From Vicugna vicugna (taxonomy: Eukaryota), in assembly GCA_013265495.1 (NCBI GenBank), contig MU061578.1, positions 3,357,308 through 3,421,307 of the forward strand: a DNA stretch of 64,000 nt, given 5' to 3'. The translations under genes were made by a program, and so were the position numbers. Positions 57,001 to 64,000 of the stretch are shown in pieces; within the stretch, counting starts at the first letter, position 1; each line of letters opens with the position of its first letter. The notes under the pieces were generated by a model, which ran no database searches, had not been told where the DNA came from, and was given only the letters and a program-made list of their open reading frames with translations.

Positions 57001-60000
57001 AGACTAAGCTGAGGCCTGGTGGGTGGGGCCCAGGGTCCTGCCTGTGTTGGGGAGTGAAGGTTCAGGCTACTGGGAGAAAGACTAACTCTCAGGCCTTGTG
57101 GCTAGCTGGTCTCCCTACCCTATCTGTCCTCACGTGGCCCCACCCTCTAGTTGTACGACTTCACGTCACGGGAGGAGGCCCCGTGTGCCATCGCCTTCCA
57201 CCCCACACAGCCGACCTTATTCTGTGGCTTCAGTAGTGGGGCTGTCCGCTCCTTCAGCCTGGAGGCTGCTGAGGTCCTGGTGGAGCATAGGTGAGTGCCT
57301 GGCTGGTCCCTGGCCCCACAGATACCCATGGTGGAAGCTGGGGTGGTGTGTGGGTTTCCCTGGGGTGTGTGGGCATCCAGGTAGGGCTGGGAAGGACTGT
57401 CCTTCTCCAGGAAGCCCTGCCTTCTGCTGCTCCTTGGGGACTCAGCCAGACGAACTGTGGGAGGTCTGGGATGATACAGCTCAGGGCCACAGTGGTGGGC
57501 ATCGTGTGTGATACAGATGTCACCAAGGAGCCATCACCGGCCTGGTCACCAGCCCTGACGGCAGCTTCCTGTTCAGCTCCTGCTCTCAGGGCACGCTGGC
57601 ACAGTACCACATCGGTGGCCCCTGGTGCCGAATCCTGCGTATGGCAGGTCAGGCCTCCACACCCTGTCCCACCCTGGCCTCCCAGCCGTCCCCTGGTCAG
57701 GTCCCCATAGGGGTGGGGCTCGTCTGGCACCCGCTGACAGTGGTAAACTGCATTCCATAGCCTCACTATCCAGACTGCTGGGGCAGATGGTTTAAGGACT
57801 CACCAATCCCCCAAAATTAAGTCAGTGAGGGTTTGTGCCCACCCTGCCCCAGGAGGAGATAAGCAGCAGTAGGGGTTGGCCCACCTGAGGACATCTGCTT
57901 TTTCCCATGGCCACTGTAACTCTAGCTAGCCAGGCTGTCACTTGGTGGTCACTCCAGGAGAACTACTAGCTATCCTGGCAGTATGCAGTGCCCACTGAAG
58001 TCTTGGTGCCTTCACATCCAGGCCCCATGCACTGGCTGCTGCGGGATCTGTCCAGCCCAGGCTGGTGGTACCTGTAGTTGAGGGAGGGGGCAGGTCCCTG
58101 GCCAGTGGTGCCCACTGCCTGCCCAGCTGACTGCCTCCCCTTGTGCTGCCAGCAGCTAATGTGGTGTGCCTGGACGCCTGCCCGAGCCCCAGTGCCCTGG
58201 CGGTCAGTGGGGACAGCCGCCTGCTGGCCTTCGTGGGTCCCTCCAAGTACATGGTGACTGTCATGGGCACAGCTTCACTGGATGAGGTGTGTCCAGTGTG
58301 GATGGGGCCACACCAGCCTGGCCCACAGACCCAGTGGGTACCCCTGAGACTGGTTGCTGCATGGCTCCCCTGGGATCCACCAGGGTGGATGGTGAGGGCA
58401 AAAGTGGGAGGCCACGCTTACTTCAAAGAGGACCTTGGCCCTGCCCCCGTCATGGGCACAAAGGATGCATGAGCTATGGGTGGGCCAGGCAGGGTGGGGT
58501 GCCGGATGGGTGACCAAGGCTGCCCACAGCCCAGGCCTTGGCTCTGGGGGCTCAAGCTCTCCCCAGAGGTCATGGCAGAGACACTCGCTGCTCTCCCTCA
58601 GCTGCTGAAGATTGATGTCAGCGCCCTGGACCTGGCTGGCAGCCGCCTGAACTCAGCCATGGTTGTCTGCTTCGGCCCCACACCCCCTGGCCACCTGCTG
58701 GTGTCCACGTCATCAAACATGGTCGCAGTGCTAGACGCCTCGTCGGGCCGTGTGGTCCGGGAGGTGAGCCCAGGACCGTGGCTGGCAGCCTAGCCTCCCC
58801 ATCCTTCCTGGGTCCAGCCTTGGTGCCTGCAGTGCCTGGAGGAGGGGGGCCCTGGGCCACCTGCTGCTCCTGAGAGGTGGCATTCTCTGAGAAGAGTGGT
58901 TTCTCCGTCTAGTGGTCCTATATGCTCTAATCTTCTTCCCCAGCTGTGCTGTGTCCACCCTGTGGCCTGCTCCTCCCTAGCTCTCAGTGGGGATGGCCGC
59001 TTCCTGCTAACAGCTGCTGACCGGGCCATCAAGGTGTGGGACTACTTGGCACAGGCCAGCCCTAGCTGCCAGGTGTGTGCCCTGGGCGGATGCATGGCAA
59101 GGTGGGGGTGGGAAGGAGGGTGGAGGATAGTCCCCCAGGTTCCCCCTGTGCCTGCTGGGGCCTGACATTGCATGAGGGCCTCTTGGTTGGTCCCCAGACT
59201 CTCTGTCAGGCCTGGGTGCTGGGAGGACGGTGGGGTCCCCAGCTGTGCCTCAGGGGTCTCTCTGTATGTGACACTGCTGCCCCCAGGTATACATCGGCCA
59301 CTCAGAGCCTGTGCAGGCCATGGCCTTCACCCCTGACCAGCAGCAGCTCCTCAGTGTGGGAGACGCCATCTTTCTCTGGGACATTTTGGCCCCCACTGAG
59401 AGGTCCCCCCTAGGAAGGCAAGTACCTGCCCTTGACCTGCATCTACCAGGCCTCCTGCTGTGCCCTCCTCTCCTGACACCCTCTCTTGTTGCCTCTGCAG
59501 CGTTCAAGGCTCGCTCAAGGCCCCTCCAACGTGCAAGGCTAGTGAGTGGTCCCACCACACTGGCAGACTCTGTGGTGACATCTAGTGCTAGCACTGTAGC
59601 TGCTGTGGGTGGCCGAGCACTGTTCTTTTCCTGGGGCTGGTGGGGGTGAGGGGCCAGGCATGCCTCCTGCCACATGCTATGATCTCTTTAGGCCCTAAGC
59701 ACAGCTTGGTTCCTTCCATCCTCAGGCCTCGGGGCAAGACAGCTGGAGGACATGGTATCTGGGGCCAGTGGGCTCCCCCGGCAGCAGGTGCCTGTGCCAT
59801 CCTTGGCATCCCCACCCCAGCTGGGCATCTGTGCCAGGCCCTCCAAGGGCCTTGATGGTGAGGGCAGGGATTCTGAGAGGGCTTTGGGGGGCATGGGCAT
59901 CCAGCTCCTATCCTGACCGCCTTGCTGCTTCAGACCTAGGGGAGGGGTGGGAGGGGCTCTGTTCTCTCATCTCATTGTCTCCCCTACCTCCCCAGGCACT

Positions 60001-63000
60001 TTCTCCGTGTCAGATAAGAGCCATGGCCTGGAGGAGCTCCGCCAGGCCTCAGGCCTACCTGTGCTTATGCAGAAGGAGGCTGGCAGGGCCGGTGATGGGG
60101 CTTGAGGGGTTACAGGGGGCCCCTGGGACCTCAGCAGGCCTTTCCACTCCCATGGGTGGCCCAGTAAGCAGGGGAGGTGCAGCAGGGTGGGGCAAGTTCA
60201 TTTATAACTGGACCAGGGGCCAGGTGCATGTGCCCCGTGGACTTCAGATGGTTTCAGAATGGGCAGTGCCCCTGACAGCCTGGGGTTTGCTCTATGAGAT
60301 AAGGCATGCTCACCTACAGGGCAGATGTAGAGCCTGCAGCCCTATTGGGCTAGGTGGACGGTGGGACATGGATCACTGTGCCCTCTGACCCCAGGCATCT
60401 CGCCAGCCAGGGTAAAGTGATTGCAGGGACAAGTCACTGTTTGGTTACAGGTGGTTTGATAACATTTTGTGGCCTCTCTCCCTCCCTAACAGCTACCTGC
60501 AGCACCAGGAGAGCCAGGGTCCAGCCCACCACCCGCCCAGACTCCTACAAGCACTTCATGGCGCGCTACAAGGCCTCCCCGCTGGCCAAGGTTGGCCACA
60601 GCTGGAGGGGTCCTCACAGCCCCCAGAGGCCCAGGGGTCAGGGCAGCACAGCCCTGTAGTTTCTGGGGATTCTCTTTCTCCCCAGTAAAAACAGATGCCA
60701 TGGGGTTTCGCTGGGGTTGCTCCAAGTCACAACACGGGTCACCTCTCTGCCCTGAGCCCTGTGCTCTTGCTAGGCTAGTTAAGGCTCTTGCTGTCTTGCC
60801 GTCTAGATCCAGGCAATGTCCTAGCTGAGCCCACCCTCTCCAACCCACCATCCTGACTCCCTCCTACCTCCTCTTCTGCATCCTCCCCTGTGCCCTGCCC
60901 AGCCCAGGTCACCTTCCCTAAGAGCCCCTGGGTCCTGCAGTCCCTGCCCAGCCTCCCCCTGCCCCAGGTGCCTCCCACATCTCCATCTGCTTCTGTGTCT
61001 GCATACCCAGCTCCCATCCCCGGCTGGCCACCTTATACTGTCTTTGGTGCCCAAAATCCTCTGTTTGCCTCCTCCTGGGAGCACATACCTCCCAAGGCTC
61101 CATCCCAGGCCCCGGCCTGACAGGCAGAGCCTGAGATGGTAGGGGTTGGGTGGCCAGGCTGTGCTGGGGTACCAGTGTCCTGGGTCCACTTCCTCACAGG
61201 GTCTCTCCTTATCCCCCACTGGCGATGAGCGGCTGCACCTGAAGGCTGTCGTGGGCTACAATGGGAACGGGCGGGCCAATATGGTCTGGAGGCCAGACAC
61301 AGGTGGGGGCCGCAGCACAGAAGCTGCAAGGTGGGGCTCAGCTCCGACCACCTATAGGCCAGGTCCCAGAGTGGGCATGTTCTCCTGGTGGCACTGGGTG
61401 CTGCAGCTCACACACACTTGCCTCCCCTGATCAGGAGTCTGGGGTGGGGGCAGGGGGGTGCACTGCAGCCACAGCTGATGGCACTGCCTACCTGCTCTCA
61501 GGCTTCTTCGCCTACACGTGCGGCAGCCTGGTGGTGGTGGAGGACCTGCACTCTGGTGCCCAGCGGCACTGGGTCGGCCACCCCGAGGAGATCTCCACAC
61601 TGGCCCTCAGCCACTATGCTCAGGTGCCCACCCCGCTCCCCACCCTGAACGCCCCGGGCCAAGGTGCGCCTTAGAGGCTGGGTCCTTGAACCACCTCTGG
61701 TTCTCGCCTTTGGAGCGCTGTGAGGGGCACCCTTAACCCAGAGCAAGGGTGGGCCCGTGGCTCGCCCCCTCTCTGCTCACCACCTGCTGTTTTGTCTTCC
61801 AGATCCTGGCCTCTGCCTCCGTCCAGAGCAGTACTGCCTTGCACTGCCAGATCCGCCTCTGGGACGTACAAGGGGGCTCCTGCCGGCAGCTCATCTCTCA
61901 CCACAGCACTGCTGTCCAAGCCCTGGCTTTCTCGCCAGATGACGGGTTTCTTGTCACACTGGGTCAGCAGGGAGGTTGGTGGGGGGCACTGGCCTCCGGA
62001 CTCCCCTGCCTATACTGGGACCTCTGGGTAGCTGACTCTGTGCATCTTCCCCAGGGGACTATGGTGACCGCACCCTGGCCCTGTGGAGCACAGCCACCTG
62101 TGAGCTCATGACCTCTGTGTGCCTCCCGGAGCCAGTCCATGGCGTGGCCTTCGACCCCTGGGATGGTGGTGTGCTCGCCTGTGTGGGCCGGGGTGCTGTC
62201 ACCTTGTGGCTCCTGCTGCAGCTTGGGGCTGACGTCAGCCTCCAGGTGCCTAGGTTCAGAGGAGGTTTTGGAAGATGGGCTCAGGCTGGGCCCTAGGGCA
62301 TCGTTGACCCACGCTGCCCTCATGTCCCTCCAGATCCACCAGGAGCCCATCCCGGAGGAGGTGGGGGCGTGCGAGCTGACCTCGCTCTGCTTCGGGCCTG
62401 CGCCCCTGCTGTACTGCGGCTCCAATGCTGGGCAGGTGTGCGTTTGGGACACACGTGCTGGCCGCTGCTTCCTGGTCTGGGAGGCCGACGACGGTGAGAT
62501 TGGTGGGTATCTCATGGAACCCCTGTGGCCCTTGATAGCTCGGGGTTCGGCTCTCCCTGGGACCCCATGTTGGGTTCTAGGTACCTGGAGACAGGGCTCA
62601 TACCACCTCCTGCCCCTAGGAGTGCTGCTGTGCTCAGGTACGCGGCTGGTCAGCGGCAGCAACACCAGGCGTCTGCGCCTGTGGGCCGTGGGGGCTGTGC
62701 CAGAGCTGAGGTGCAAGGGCTCCGGTGCCAGGTGAGCCAGCTCTCTGCCACCAGCTGGGCCTGTCCCCAGTGGGACATGCTCAGGCAAGGCCAGGGCCCA
62801 GGGGCCAAACCATTTGGCTCCCTGAGCTCTCACTACTGCCACCCCTTTGACCCACTGCCCCACTAGGTCTCACTCTGTGTTCATGGAGCATGAGCTGACC
62901 CTTGATGGGGCTGTCGTGAGCGCGGTCTTCCACGACAGCATGGATATGGGTGTGGTGGGCACCACGGCTGGCACTCTCTGGTACGTCAGCTGGGCCGAGG

Positions 63001-63038
63001 GCACCAGCACCCGCCTCATCAGTGGCCACAGGAGCCAG
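51018..63038 (+). CDS. WDR90: WD repeat-containing protein 90 (POC16; CFA20-like N-terminal domain + WD40 repeats), 3'-partial, 1437 codons in window without the cassette exon
   Basis: Exons 51018-51027, 51245-51336, 51461-51637, 51724-51832, 52053-52223, 52527-52641, 52730-52797, 53175-53278, 53356-53565, 54014-54082, 54667-54777, 54862-55007, 55079-55136, 55619-55737, 55832-55975, 56065-56195, 56268-56384, 56703-56938, 57151-57290, 57517-57647, 58156-58286, 58602-58763, 58944-59072, 59287-59417, 59501-59541, 59726-59857, [59996-60163 with stop], 60493-60590, 61200-61302, 61502-61623, 61803-61962, 62055-62245, 62334-62502, 62620-62731, 62867-63038. Starts MARAWQHPFLNVFRHF; the frame stays open when the cassette is skipped. 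Confidence 0.95.
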
Positions 63039-63849
63039 GTAAGGTTGCAGAAGCCTCCAAGGGGCTTCCCCCTGGTGCAGGCAAGGCAGCCAGCCCTCTA
63101 TTCCCCCGCCAGGTACTCCATGCCCACGCCCAGTTGGGAAGTCCCAGGAGTTCCTGGATGAGGACTGCACACACCTGTGGGCACGGGGTCCATGCTGTGT
63201 CCACTCACAGCCCTGAGCCTTGTGGTCTTCTCAGTCTTCCCTCTTTTCTGCCACTTCTTTTCCTTTGTAATTTACTTGTGGAAAAAAATCAGGTCATCTG
63301 CCCTGGAGTCTCCATGACCATTGTTGGACCTGCTTCTCTGGCGTCCAAGAGGTCTGGAGGCCAGGCCAGGGTCTGGTTAACACTGGTCAGTCCCAACATC
63401 ACCTCCTCCTGGGAACACTGTGCATCCCACGAGGAAGCACGGAGGGCTCGTGCCTCTTGGTGATGCCCTTGTCTGAGGGCGGGGGTTTTAGGGGGCAGTA
63501 GTCAGAGCTGTCGTTCCTTCAGGAGGGATGTGGCCTCGCGAGCTCATGGGTTTCCTGAGGCTTGGAAGGGGCACAGGTGGACAAGTCTGTCCTTGTGGAC
63601 CAGGTCCCCAGCATCTGCCAACAGCAGCCATTACTCTCCAAGTGTCTTTAGGGGCTGGTGGGTGGGAACGTGGGTCCGGCTTCCCTGCTGTTACTTCTCT
63701 TAGTGCTCGTGGAGTCCTGACCTCGGCCAGTGGCGGGTTCTTCAAGTTGGCCCCAGAGACTTCTTTCCCAAGAGTCTGTGTTTGTTTGGACATAAAAGTA
63801 ACCATCAAAGGAACTCCCACCTGAAGTGGTGACAATTATGTGCTTTTCC

Positions 63850-64000
63850 CTTTTTTTGGTAACAGCTTTATATTGAAGTATAATTTATGTGCCACACACT
63901 CACCTGTTTAAAGTTAGTGGTTTTTGAAACGTTCACAGAACCATACAACCCTTGTCCCAGTCACTTCCATTCCAGAAGGAAATACCATACCCATTAAATA
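63850..64000 (-). mobile_element. Old L1M 3' terminus
   Basis: tttttggtaacagctttatattgaagtataatttatgtgccacacactcacctgtttaaag. Confidence 0.6.

Overview
GC-rich mammalian genomic DNA, not microbial. Two vic-1-type tRNA-derived SINEs and the L1 3' ends point to a camelid draft assembly with three N gaps. The locus is syntenic with human 16p13.3: probable PIGQ 3' end, RAB40C (+, 6 exons, exon 1 mostly in a gap), WFIKKN1 (+, 2 exons), METTL26/C16orf13 (-, 6 exons, disrupted), tRNA-Gly-CCC (-), MCRIP2/FAM195A (+, 5 exons) and WDR90 (+, 34 in-frame exons plus one stop-containing cassette, running off the window end). I built the exon chains by hand from splice sites and phase. Orthologue comparisons use protein sequences recalled from memory, not a database search. 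I found no wholly new gene system. The best leads are three independent indels suggesting METTL26 erosion, a WFIKKN1 stop-loss that adds 17 residues and ends on the polyA signal, a stop-containing symmetric exon in WDR90, a short uORF before RAB40C, and repeated promoter modules (E-box array plus duplicated RFX-like site at WDR90; a four-copy CCAAT-pair module at RAB40C). Any single-base lesion could be an assembly error.
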